From Octopus sinensis (lineage: Eukaryota): a DNA stretch of 64,000 nt. Below are positions 38,421-52,399 of the stretch, piece by piece. Location of the stretch: the NCBI RefSeq assembly GCF_006345805.1, contig NC_043014.1, forward strand, positions 5,332,001-5,396,000, given 5' to 3'. The notes beneath the pieces were generated by a model, which saw only the letters and a program-made list of their open reading frames with translations, ran no database searches and was not told the origin of the DNA. Position numbers and translations under genes: made by a program. The stretch's first letter is position 1. Each line of letters starts with the position of its first letter.

Positions 38421-41338
38421 TTAGGTAAAACTATATCTGAGGGGTCTAATATGCTTCATCTAAGAAAATTTAATCATAACTATGGAATTCCGTCGTACAT
38501 ATGCAGTCCATACGGAAGGTGCACTTGCGAATTGAGTTTCAAATGGGAGACACTGTACCTGTATGTTTTGCTATGATTTATAAAACTTGAAGAAAAGTAT
38601 TCAAAGCTAGTGACAATGACTAGCTAAAAATATGTATGAATGTCATTATTCGGTTTTAATAGAATATTTCTGGCCAACAGAAAGAGAGACGGCTTCTAAC
38701 TTAGTTCCAAGTATCTTTCATTGGAATTTCAACAACATGAACACGATTTTTTTGTATGTATGTACTTATGTATGTATGTATGTATGTATGCATGCATGCA
38801 TGTATGTATGTATGCATGTATGTATGTATGTATGTATGCATGTATGTGTGTATGTATGTGTGTATGTATGTATGTATGTATGTATGCATGCATGCATGTA
38901 TGTATGTATGTATATATGTATGTATGTATGTATGCATGCATGCATGTATGTATGTATGCATGTATGTATGTATGTATGCATGTATGTATGTATGTATGCA
39001 TGTATGTGTGTATGTATGTGTGTATGTATGTATGTATGTATGCATGTATGCATGAATGTATGTACGTATGCATGTATACATGTATGTGTGTATGTATGTA
39101 TGTATGTATGTATGTATGTATGAATGCATGTTTGTATGTATGTATGCATGTATGTATGTATGTATGTATGTGTGTATGTATGTATGTATGTATGCATGTA
39201 TGTATGTATGTATGCATGTATGCATGTATGTATTCATGTATGCATGTATGTATGTACGTATGCATGTATGCATGTATGTATGCATGAATGCATGTATGTA
39301 TGTATGTATGCATGTATGTATTTATGTATGTATGTATGTATGTATGTATGTATGTATGTATGCATGTATGTATGTCAGGTCACTTTCGAGTACTACTGGT
39401 AACATGTAACCCAGTACAACCTGTTGCATTGTCGGGTCGTCGGCGACTAAACTGGCATCCCCACCAAGTTTGCTTGGTGAGGAGGGAGTTTATTAGACAC
39501 CCTGCGGGATGAAAAACAAAACTCGTCAAAGAGCGGAGGAACTCTTGAGAGTCAACGGCCATCCAATAACTGTCTTAAGGCTGTATCATGCGCGGAGACA
39601 TAGAAATAATCGGACTGAATACCCGATCGCGCGGTTAAACCGTTGGGAGTGAAGGACTCCTAGACTTTGTTAGGGCATCCTTTTTGAGAAGTTAACTCAG
39701 GTAACTGGGATAACTCCGATATAAAAACTGCGGCTCAGTGGTTACCGGTGATGTTGACGTGTTTTTTTCGTATTATGGCTGCTGTTGCTTAATGACTGGG
39801 ATTGACTCAGTGCACAGCCTTTCCTCGCTTTAAAAATAATCTCCATGCACAGGCATTGCACGATAACAACATTGATTAAGCTTCGTGCAATGGCCATACT
39901 CGATAACGAGGGCCAGCCACCAAGTATGTATGTATGTATGTATGGATGGATGTATGTATGTATGTATGTATGTATGTATGTATGTATGTATGTATGTATG
40001 TATGTATGTATGTGTATATGTGTCTATCGACATATACATGCTTACATTCATACATACATGCATGCATACATGTATACATACATACATGAATGTATACATA
40101 TATGCATGCATCTATGTATGTTTGAAAGTATGTATATATGTATGTATGTATTTTTGTATGTATGTATGTGTGTATGTTTGAATAAATGTGTGTGTGTGTA
40201 TGTATGTATATATGTATGGGGGTATGTTTGTATGTATGTATGTATGTATGTATGTATGTGTGTATGTATTTATGTATGTATGTATATATGCAAGTATGTG
40301 TGTATGTATGCTTGTATGTATGTGTGCATGTATGTATCTATGTATGTATGTATGGGTGGGTGGGAATTGGTAGGTTTTGATTTTGATATTCACATAAAAC
40401 ATTTCTAATCAGATTAACGCTTGTTGTGAAGAATCCAATCCGAACAGCGGACTTCATTAGATTAAGTCTTGCGATTACTGTGTGGGTTGAACGAAATACT
40501 TCCCACACTGAATATTAAAACAGTGTGTGAGTGTGTGTGTATGTGTGTGAGTGTGTGTGTCAGTGTGTGTGTCAGTGTATGTGTGTGTGTGAGTGTCAGT
40601 GTGTGCGTGTGTGTGTCAGTGTGTGTGTCAGCGTGTGTGTGTGTGTGTGTGAGTGTGTGTGTGTTTGTCAGTGTGTGCGTGTGTGTGTATCAGTGCGTGT
40701 GTGTGTTAGTGTGTGTGTGTGTGTGAGTGTGTGTATGTGTGAGTGCGTGTGTATGACAATGTATTAGGTGTGTATCAGTGTGTGCGTGTGTGTGTGAGTG
40801 TGTATGTGTGTGTGTGTATGTGTTTTGTGTGTGTTAGTGTGTGTGTGTGTGAGTGTGTGTGGGAGTGTGTGGTGTGCGTGTGTCAGTGTGTAAGTGTGTG
40901 TGTGTGTCTTTGTGTCTGTGTATTTGTCGGTTGAACGAAATATTTCCCACACTGAATATTAAAACAGTTTCCCAAGAATAACAAATAAAATTAAATAACA
41001 ACATTAGTAAATAAATATATCATAATATATCCAGAAACAGGAATCATTTCACTTTACACGTGTCTCTCATTCATCAAAATATTTTGCTAATTATTGTGTG
41101 ACAATATCAAACCATCTCTTTCCAATAATTAAACCTGTCAGACAAGTTCACGCCCACTTTTACAGTTCCACCAATCGCATTGGTTCATAAATTTACGATA
41201 AGATCTATGCCAGAGCTGGGTTGTTGTGCGCTCAATAAATACGTGGAATTCAGTTACAGGTCTTCAGCTTAAACCTCGCATCTCGATCTTTGTTGAAGCC
41301 ACACGAAGTATCACTTACGACCGACAACTGTCACCAGA

Positions 41339-41482
41339 ATGGATTTCGCACAACTGTCCAGGAATATTTCGCAGCGTTATTCCATTTCTTCTCTCATAGC
41401 TTTTGGGGTTCTTCTCGTTCTGACGATCGTGATTCTTCATCAAGATTCAAGAATAGGAAAAATGGAAGAGAAATCGAAAACG
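41339..41482 (+). CDS. Copy D exon 1 (MDFAQ...EEKSKT)
   Basis: Same 144-nt exon as copy C with an S4A change, gtaagt donor. Confidence 0.88.
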
Positions 41483-42020
41483 GTAAGTCATGGATTTTGT
41501 GTTAATATATTATGTCTTTACGTATTTATAATGCATGTATGTATGTATGCATTTACGTATGTATGTATTAATATGTGGATGTATGTACGTACCGATGGAT
41601 GGATGGATGTAAGGATGTATGTATGAACCATGTACATATTTTCCTATAGTGCACACACACACATACGATCCATCACACACGTAATCATACAAAAACTCAG
41701 AGGAGCACACAACTAAACATACATATGTGTATATACATATATATACTTATACGTGTATTTATATATATAATATACATATATATGTATATATAAATATACA
41801 TATATATGAATTTATTAGTACGTGTACATATATATATATACAAACATATATATGCGTGTGTGTATCTCTGTCTCTCTATATATATATTTTGGTTTCTCTA
41901 GAAGTCATTTTTTAAAGTAGAAGAAATAGCTAAGATTTTTGGCTGCTATTTCTAAACTTCGCTATGTGGTAAAGCAAATCTTTGCTGAACTCTCTTTATT
42001 AAGTATGTATATATATATAT

Positions 42021-42103
<83 letters not shown>

Positions 42104-42225
42104 CGTATGCACAAACATGTATATGCGTGTGTGTGTATGTTACTATCTGTGTATCTCTCTCTCTCTGCCTCTCTCTATACATATATATGTGTGTGTGTGT
42201 GTATGTGTGTGTGTGTGTGTGTGTG

Positions 42226-42272
<47 letters not shown>

Positions 42273-42522
42273 TAAAAATATATTCTTTCACCCGTTTCAA
42301 TCATTTGACTGCGGCCATGCTAGAGCACTGCATTTAGTAGGACAAATCGACTTCAGGAAAAATTCCTTGTAAGCCTAGTGCTCATTCTATCGGTATCTCT
42401 AGCCGAGCCGCTATGTAAAGGGGACGTAAACACACCGACATCAATTGAGAAGCGATTGTGGTGCGACAATCACAGACACATACATAATACATAGATACAT
42501 ACATACATACACATCTGAGTGT

Positions 42523-42591
<69 letters not shown>

Positions 42592-42745
42592 GCACCCTTC
42601 TTTCAGTCTCAATCTACTAAATCTACTGACATGGCTCTGGTCAGCTCGACGTTATAGTGGTAGGCATTCGTCCAATTTTCTACGCAGTGGGACTGAACAG
42701 AATACCTTGTGGTTAACAAGCAAGTGTCTTACCACACAGGCACTG

Positions 42746-42806
<61 letters not shown>

Positions 42807-42939
42807 TATATACATATATACAGATAATGTGCGAAATATAATTAATTTAATAAAATCAATAAATTTCACCTAGTAGTATTTCGGTATGGAAAAGAACCAT
42901 ATACGGTAAAAATTACATATTATATAATATGAGCTCTTT

Positions 42940-43083
42940 GCAACAAGTTGCTTAAACCACATACCGAAAATATTAGAAATAGCAGTCAAAGGGCTACCAT
43001 TTCTACCATTGTTGTAATAGAAATGGTAGGCCTTTGACTGCTATTTCTAATATTTTTGGTATGTGGTTTAAGCAACTTGTTGC
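42940..43083. repeat. Near-perfect 144-bp hairpin (66-bp arms, 12-nt loop)
   Basis: gcaacaagttgc...catttcta (42940-43005) pairs with tagaaatgg...caacttgttgc (43018-43083), with few mismatches. Confidence 0.9.
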
Positions 43084-43098
43084 TAAAAACCCTTATTA

Positions 43099-43142
<44 letters not shown>

Positions 43143-43153
43143 TATATTCATAT

Positions 43154-43428
43154 ATCACCGTGACCGACCAGATGTTAGTACACATCGCTGGTCACAATGC
43201 GCTTCGCATTGTTTTAGTCTTCAAATGACGCCGCTCCGCTGGCTAAGCGAGCAGGTCAAGAGAAGAAAGAGTGAGCGAAAGTTGTGGGGAAAGAGAACAG
43301 GAGGGATCGTGACCAACCCCTGCCGGAGCCTCGTGGGGCTTTAGGTGTTTTTCACTCAATAAACACACACAACGCTCGGTCTGGGAATCGAAAACGTGGT
43401 CCCACGGACACTGGGCCATTGTGCCTCC
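43154..43428 (-). mobile_element. Independent insertion of the same SINE family, copy D only
   Basis: Reverse complement of the ggaggcgcagtgg...ggtcacggtgat family. Confidence 0.72.
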
Positions 43429-43624
43429 ACACACACAAACACACACACACACACCACACACACACACACACACTGAAACTGACTTATTGGAAGTCCACAT
43501 GAAGATTGTCGATCAAGACAAGAAACAATTGTAGTGGCGGTTTTTTTGACTATTTATTAAAATTTTATGTATTGATTAAGTCTTCCCTTGTTTGTTTTGC
43601 AAAATAGTGGTTTTGTCTCTAATA

Positions 43625-43672
<48 letters not shown>

Positions 43673-43742
43673 ATATACATATCATATATACATACACACA
43701 TGTATTGTTACGTATGTATATACATACATATCTATTTATGTA

Positions 43743-43849
<107 letters not shown>

Positions 43850-44729
43850 ATATATGTATATATACATATACACACATCCCAAGTAAACACAAAGAAGAGT
43901 GGAATTGTACTCCTGTCCGATCGCTCTTTCACCAGACATAATCCTGGAGAGGGAAATAAGTGCGTAATGAAAAAAATCTAATGGTGGGGTTCCAGCATGG
44001 CCATGCCCTGTCGCTGCAACGTTTAGCCCTATTAATATTAGTGTTAAGTATTATATCTAGATGTACACTTACACACACGCACAGAAACAGACACATACAA
44101 ACACACACACACGCACACATAGGAATACGTACATATTTACACACATTTATCTATTTCTCTCCATCAGGAACGGAAGTGAGGCGAGTTTTTTGAATCTTTT
44201 CTTTCCAACTGAAAATAAAATGTGCGAGTGCCAATGTAGATCGGTGAATTTCGTAAGGTTTGACTGTAATTCACGTTGGTTTTTATATATGACAATATGT
44301 AAGAACGAATGTAAATACATACACAGACACACGGACAAACACACGCACAAATAAAAAAAACACACACATACGCACGCACACAGACACACGTGCTCAATTG
44401 TACACGAAGAATCACACTATACAGTGTATGTCCACTCACATATATATGTGTGCGTTTGTGTGTGTGTATGCTTAAGTATACGTGCATGCGTATATATCGA
44501 TATGTATTTATATATGTGTGATGTGTGTGTGTGTGTGTCTGTACACGAAGAATCACACTATACAGTGTATGTCCACTCACATATATGTGTGCGTTTGTGT
44601 GTGTGTATGCGTATAAGTAGATACGTATATTTGTGATATTTATGGTGTGTATGCTTAAGTATACGTGCATGCGTATATATCGATATGTATTTATATATGT
44701 GTGATGTGTGTGTGTGTGTGTCTGTGGGT

Positions 44730-45005
44730 GGAGGCGCAGTGGCCCAGTGGTTCGGGCAGCGGACTCATGGTTGTCGGATCGCGGTTTCGATTCCCAGACT
44801 GGGCGTTGTGTGTGTTTAAAGCACCACGACGCTCAGGGAGCGGGTTGTTGTGATCACTCTTTCGCTACAAATTCCTCCCTTTCTTCTCTTGACCTGCTCG
44901 CTTAGCCAGCGGGGTGGAGTCATTTGAAGGTTAAAACAATGCGAAGCGCATTGTGACCAGCGATATGTAGCAACAACTGATAGCCTGGTCTTCAACGGTG
45001 ATCAC
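44730..45005 (+). mobile_element. tRNA-derived SINE (intron 1, copy D)
   Basis: Same family as 10064. Confidence 0.75.
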
Positions 45006-46374
45006 AGAGATATATGTATCATACGCACACAATACACGCACACACACACGCATCCACACGTACATACACACACACCAGCACGGATGTCCACATATAACTT
45101 TAACGAACAATACTCATACAGATACGCACACACTTATATACACATGGGCACAGACACACACGCACATACACGTACTTAAGCGCACACACGCACACAAGCA
45201 CACACACGCACATTACGCCCACACAACTTTTGAAAAAACCCTACACACACGCATGCACAAATTCACATACACACCGATACATATACATACACGCAATATA
45301 TGCCTACACGCGCACACACACATACACATACGTATACACATATAGACACAGACACACACACACGCACGCAAAAACATGCGCACACATACGCTCGCACACA
45401 CGCACACGAATGCACACACCGAAAACACACAACCCCATGGATACACGTATATACACAATTATATACACTTACACACATACAAACGCACACGTACACGCAC
45501 ACACAACTACACGCACATATAAGACGCACGCGCATACATACACACACACACACAAATGTACCCACACATACGTCCCAAACACACGGCACACAATTATACA
45601 TACATGTATACACACAGACGCACAGTTACTCACAACACAAACTCTACGCATACACACACATACACACAAACACACTACAAGCAAAACACACACATACACA
45701 CACACACGTGTCATCATTGCACACATACCCACATACCCACATACACACACACGTACACATACACTAAGTAAAGCACAGTTATTCGCCACACAACCTAACT
45801 CTACGCCTACTCACACGGACACATACACACATTCATACACACACACACACTACAAACAAAACACACACACGATACATATACATACACACACATACTTCAA
45901 ACTAGCAGTACCTAATACTTGACCTGTGGTAGAGACAAAAGTAGCCACGCCCAATTCCTTCTTCTTAACACTACTAGCCCTACAACACGCAAAGATTAAC
46001 AGCCACACACACTTACACACACACACACGTGTCATCATTGCACACATACACACATACACACACACGCACACGCAGTCCTCCGCGCCCGCACATATCCACA
46101 CTTACACACACATTCCTCATCCTCTACCACTCTCCTGTCTTTGAAAGAACTTTTCTTCACCCATTTCCTTCCGGTCATTCAAAAAGTGGCCGAGTGTGTT
46201 CGGTTGGCGATTTTTTTCCCTCTGTCTTCCCTCCTCTGGATCTTTCCTTCTCATAAACGTTAAACCCTCCTTCTTTCCTTCCTCGTCCAATAATACTATA
46301 TTTGTTCCACATCCTCACATTGTTTTTTGTGCTTTCTTGTATGGATTAAATTTAACTATATATATAAATATGTG

Positions 46375-46413
<39 letters not shown>

Positions 46414-46466
46414 GAGTGCGTGTGTGTGTAGAGATATGTGTGTGTATATATGTGTGTGTGTGTGTA

Positions 46467-47064
46467 CTAGCAGACATACCCGGCATTGCTGGGGATTAAA
46501 ATGGCAAAGTTGGTATATAATATATTCCAGTCATTTTGAAACAGGTGATATGGGAAAGTGCAACATTGACAACAAAACATTTGTAGAGTAAATGCTGGGC
46601 TAATTCGACTAAGCAACATGCTATGCGTCCGTTTGGAGTGTTTCAGGCCCTAACCTGTCATGCTAAATTGGAGGTGGGGAGTCAGTGATTTTGAATGCAC
46701 CGAAAAGCTGTCAGTGGATATATTCTCCTTTGCAGCAGTGTGCGCTGTGTGTAACACGGCCCATCATCGGAAATTTTGACACCACACGTCAGGTTTGTTG
46801 TCCTACACCACTTATAGAGTAAATTTGGAGGAACTGTGGTTGTTCATTCGCGGTTACCAGGGAACCAATGAGGTGATAGACTTGCCCTTGATCTTTGACG
46901 TCGGCGTAAATTCATGTTTATCTATCTTCTTAGATTCACCATACGATGTCATTTGAAATGCAGAATTATATTCTCTGATATTCTTCAGAAAATCGTTTGA
47001 CTGGATTGAAGCGCCTTCTAGGCGATTCCTAAGGGGTTGAGAAGGTATTGTTGGCAATGATTCC
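46467..47064 (-). mobile_element. Helitron relic, copy D
   Basis: CTAG + hairpin; FLKNIREYNSAFQMTSYG. Confidence 0.78.
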
Positions 47065-47165
47065 TGCCCGAATGTGTTGTCATCCATTGTATTGTTTTAA
47101 GTTCTCAACGATAATAAATACCCTGAAGTACTATTTATATGATGCTATTTCTATTTTTCCAAAAG

Positions 47166-47217
47166 AACCGTTTCATCTCCAAGAAATCTCTCGACGATAA
47201 ACCTGATGACACACCAA
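47166..47217 (+). CDS. Copy D exon 2 (weakened acceptor)
   Basis: Exon sequence identical to B and C. Acceptor is ttttccaaaag instead of ttttcacag; donor gtaaga is intact. Confidence 0.65.
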
Positions 47218-47444
47218 GTAAGAACTAATTTTATGGCTAAAGTCTTTTACCCGTGTCTCCTTAACTAATGATTTTTAATTTCACCAACTTTGAATTAGTT
47301 CCACATTACTATCCACATGTCCACAATAATATATACTAAGACACTTGCCTGAATTTATTTCAAAATATATTCTACTTTACAATAATTTCCTAAATAAAAT
47401 ATTACTCTAATATATTATGCCATTTATTGTGTGTATATGAGTAT

Positions 47445-49288
47445 ATATGCAGTGCTACGTCGATAATTGTGCCAAGACCTCTTCATCTGAGAATCAAATG
47501 CCCGAGCTGGCGCTTCACTGCGTTTATATCTACAATTCTGCATTCTGTCCACTCTTGTGCTTCCAATCATTCGTGAACATAGACCCGAACTAATGATGTT
47601 CCACTGTCCTACAAATTGCGTATTTGTCAATCCTCCCTTGGGGTACTCGGCAGCCAACCCATTCAGTGCATGTTGTTGGTGACCATCAGACGAATCAGGT
47701 AGCAGCATGTCGTCTACAAATAACAGACGACCGATCACGTAGAGATGAATTGGGTAACCTCTACCACAATGGTTGCGCATATTCAACCAGATCACAAAAA
47801 AGAATGTGAGAAGGGGCACTAACAATGCACACTTGAATTAAGTGAAACCTTCACGTCGTAAACTTTCGACTTTTACATAAATACAATCATTTGAACATCC
47901 ATATAAGTACATTATGGCAACCAGTTTTTGCCCATTAAACTCACCTTCCTGGTAAACAATCCGGAACATGCCCCAGGGCACATTATTCCGTGGTTTACAG
48001 CGTATAAACCTTAGAAATATTTCAATGTTTGCTGGAAGATCTGTCTTTGAACGACTCTCTGGTTGGGTGTACTGCGTCCCGGACAGTAATCTTGGGCACG
48101 ACATTTTCCCTACTTATCGTTTCCTGACATCTAGTGTAGACTTTTCTATAATTAGAACACAATCTTTGGTCTCTGTTTGAGAAAATTGTGATTGGCACCC
48201 CATATTACCATTGCCTTGGTGTTTTTTTTTCCAGAGGTCCCATCCACATAGCATACATGGGTCACTCAGAGAATACAATCTGTATTTAAAGTTTCTAAAA
48301 TATCAAGCCGGACGTGCTTTTCACCAGCAGCTTTATCACTTTTAAGTGAGTTTAGCTCAAATAAGCGTTCAACCGAAGAAGAACCTGCCGAAAAAAATTA
48401 TACAATCACGAATCCATTTCGATGACCAACTTCATTCAGGCGGGTCACTCTCAATTTGGATGCAAAAGTCTCCACATTTTTTATTCTGATCCCAGCATCC
48501 ACTGCGGCTTCCAATTGTATTCTGTAGGTTGCACTGGACTTAACAATTTCTAGTGTTCGGCAGACTGGTGGAATTTTCAGGCTTTCAGACATTTAGGTAG
48601 TGACGAGTTGAAAACTCCACCCCTTCCTTTTACCCGAACGTTCAGCAATGAGTGAAAGATGACCGAAATCTATCAGAAACCTCTGTCACCAAGTATTTCT
48701 ATACAAGGTACCCTTATAAATATCCCTGTCTTAAAATAATATCTATTCCGAAGAGAGGAGAGTGTGTATCCTGCACTGAAGGCTGCTATGACCTCTCCAT
48801 TAATTTCACTGACGACATTCCTTCCAATCAATCCTTCTCATGGTTATCAATGCCAAGGTGTGCACTGAAGTCTCCTGGCAGGACAAATGACTTTACCCCA
48901 AATATATCTAAAGATGAGGTGAATTTGCTTAGGAAGGATTTGTATTTGACCTCGCTGTTTGCTGCATATACTTACAGCAGCCACAGTGGTCCTTCATATT
49001 CAGCCGTAGTTTCAAGAGGTGAACCCTCACACCTAGTAGGTTTCACTCCATAATACAAACCGAAAGCTGGGGATTGAGAGTATCCTAATCCTACCTACAG
49101 TTGCGTAGTGGATTTCCAAGCCTATATATAGGTGTACGCTATCTGAGAAACGAAATTTTGTAGAGGAGACACCGATTATATCTTACAGGCAGATTATATC
49201 TAACAATTTTGACGTTTTAATTCTCAATTATTAAAGGTTCCCTTCTTGATCTGCTTTGTTGTCCTGAGACCGTCAATATTGTGCTCCC
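47445..49288 (-). mobile_element. Degenerate RTE-clade LINE relic, copy D (cut by the D/E junction)
   Basis: Paralogous to copies B and C. Confidence 0.78.
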
Positions 49289-49289
49289 A

Positions 49290-49304
49290 TCAAAAACGGT
49301 AAGT
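49290..49304 (+). pseudogene. Remnant of copy E exon 1 (last ~9 nt, S-K-T) plus donor gtaagt at a deletion junction
   Basis: tcaaaaacg|gtaagtcatggattttgtgtta matches the exon 1/intron 1 boundary (cf. 26772-26800) but directly follows RTE-relic sequence of intron 2. Confidence 0.8.
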
Positions 49305-49559
49305 CATGGATTTTGTGTTAACATATGTATGTCTGTATGCATGTATTTATTTAGGTATGTATGTGTGTGTAAATATGTGTGTGTGCGTGTGTGTAAATAT
49401 GTGTGTGTGTATTATGTATGTGTGCGTGTGTGTAAATATGTGTGTATGTATTATGCATGTGTGAGTGTGTGTAAATATGTGTGTATGTATTGTGTATGTG
49501 TGCGTGTGTGTAAATATGTGTGTGTGTATGGATTGATAGATTTGCGGATAGACAGACAG

Positions 49560-49600
49560 AGAGACAGATAGATAGATAGGTAGGTAGATAGACAGACAAT

Positions 49601-49673
<73 letters not shown>

Positions 49674-49687
49674 GGATTACATAGATG

Positions 49688-49757
<70 letters not shown>

Positions 49758-49770
49758 CAGACAGCAGACC

Positions 49771-49833
<63 letters not shown>

Positions 49834-49881
49834 TAGATAGATGGATAGATAGATAGATAGATATATATAGAGATAGATACC

Positions 49882-49970
<89 letters not shown>

Positions 49971-49978
49971 TGATTGAT
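49560..49978. repeat. (GATA)n array
   Basis: Direct reading. Confidence 0.95.
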
Positions 49979-49999
49979 ATAGAAATACCTGTCAATCTA

Positions 50000-50500
50000 T
50001 TCGGTTGTCCAGAAATTTATTGCTGATATATGGTTGCTTAAATTTCGACTTATTTTAGAACATGGTTGAGTTCATAAAATAGAATTTAACTCCACCTCCA
50101 TTTAGAGCGCAGTTTAAGCTATCTTTTCGTGTAAGAAGGTTTATGTTCCTATAACCTGTGTTAATTTTGTAACACTTGAAAAGGCAAGATAAGAAAGTTC
50201 ATTTTCGGCACTTGATGCTTTGGGAACCAGACAAAAATTGCTGCAACTCGGCTCGCATGTGTTACTCCATCCCTCCATATTCACCAGATATTGCACCTTC
50301 GGATTTCCACATATTCAGGCCTCTGCAGAATAGTGTTAATGGTAAAAATTTCAATTCCTTGAATGACGTAAAAAGATACCTCAATGAATTCTTTGCCATG
50401 AACCACCGCAATTATGAAATGAGGGTACTTTCAAGTTAAAGGAAAGATGGAGAAGCATAGTGCAACAAAATGGTTCATATTTGGTTGTTTAATGGCAATT
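50000..50500 (+). mobile_element. Internally deleted mariner element
   Basis: TA followed by TTCGGTTGTCC TIR-like start. The N-terminal KKVHFRHLML is joined to the C-terminal PPYSPDIAPSDFHIFRPLQNS (YSPDL-type motif). Confidence 0.82.
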
Positions 50501-50564
50501 TATGCAATATTATTTATTGGCCCTTTATTTATAAATATCGGCACTGTATATATACTATAATATA

Positions 50565-50706
<142 letters not shown>

Positions 50707-50843
50707 ATAAAAAAAATTTTTTCAAATTAGTCATTTTAAGGAAAGGAAAAAAAATTTTTCCATATTCTCCAGAATTTTGACACAAATATATATATTTTTA
50801 ACATTTAAGCCTTCTGTCGTTTTTTCACACTTTGCTATTTTCT

Positions 50844-50894
<51 letters not shown>

Positions 50895-52038
50895 ATAACG
50901 GTAAGCTTTATGAAAATAGACAAAAGACGAAGGCAGGTTTACGGAAATAAACAAAAGACGAAGGCAGGTGGAATACAAACAAACAATTGTATTAGTATGG
51001 TGCTCAGGAAATATAAATGAAACAAGTCTTTAACGTTTCGAGCCTACGCTCTTCAACAGAAAGATACACAGAGGAAAAAACACAGAAAGAAGGAGAAAAA
51101 AAATATGCGTGCAAAAGCTAGCGAATCAACATGGCGATCTGATTTCGGCCAGAAGTCAAAGATCAAACATGAGACGCAAGAGCGAAACACACTTATATAT
51201 AAAAACGCACACACAAACATATGTATATATATATGTATAAACATTATATATATATATATAAATTTTTATACATTTACATATATACATCTACATATACACA
51301 CTATATTTAAGGAGTAAATAACCAGTTTATATAGCACCCGTGTACAAAATATCTAATCCTCATCCCTTTCGTATGCAGTCAATTTATAACCTACAATATG
51401 TTCCCAAACATTTTTCTTACAAACTTTTGTGATATTCCATTGAACGCCAAAAGATATGTTGACCTTCGAGATTCAATCCGGAATATTATTCACCAGTGCT
51501 AGAAATGCCTGACTCTTCAGTGATCATGATGGATAACTATACTAAATAATATCAAGGCAATTGAGCTTTTACATCAATTCAAACTACTTCTAAATATTGC
51601 ATCATATTGCCTTGACAGATTCTCCTAAGGACGCAGTGGAAAAGTCCTACTGCGTATTAGGACGCCGTACATGAAAGGTTGGCGTCGGGCTTTCTTGTAC
51701 GTCAGCAGAATGCGCAAGTCTACGTTTATAGTAATCTTCAAACTACCAGCGATTTTAGAGAGCAAAATTAGTCTACTCTTGACAATGAACAGGGATATTA
51801 GCTGTTTATGTAATGTGTATGCTTTGCCATATACAAGCATGAAATAATGAAATACCAGATTCACAGAAAGGCATGCAGTTCCAGCAAACCTCCAAGATGT
51901 ACCACGATATAATAGATTTGGTGGAATGGACAATGTCGACGTCATCCACATCTTCATGAAATGCTGTCCGAAAATGTTGTCATATATTGCATTCTTTTCA
52001 GTTCTAAATGATAATAAATACTCTCTATTTTTCCACAG

Positions 52039-52090
52039 AACCGTGTCATCTCCAAGAAATCTTGCGACGATAAACCTGATGACACCCCAA
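52039..52090 (+). CDS. Copy E exon 2 (NRVISKKSCDDKPDDTP)
   Basis: ttttccacag acceptor, gtaaga donor, 52 nt, F>V and L>C changes. Confidence 0.8.
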
Positions 52091-52399
52091 GTAAGAACTA
52101 ATTTTATATTGTATAAGACAATAACTTTGAAGAAATGTTCAGGAATGAGTTTAAATATTATAAAGTATCCAGCTTCCAGTTCTACAGTGTTTAGCCGAAG
52201 TCATTCACCCGTGTCTCCTTAACGATTTATAATTTCACCAAAGTTGAATTGAATCTACATCACTATTCATATTTCTTCAGTAATATATACTAAGACACTA
52301 GTCTAAATTTCTTTTAAAATACATTTTACTTTACAATAATTTCCTTTATAAAATTTTACTCTTTTATACTATGACATTAATTGTGTGTATATGAGTGTG

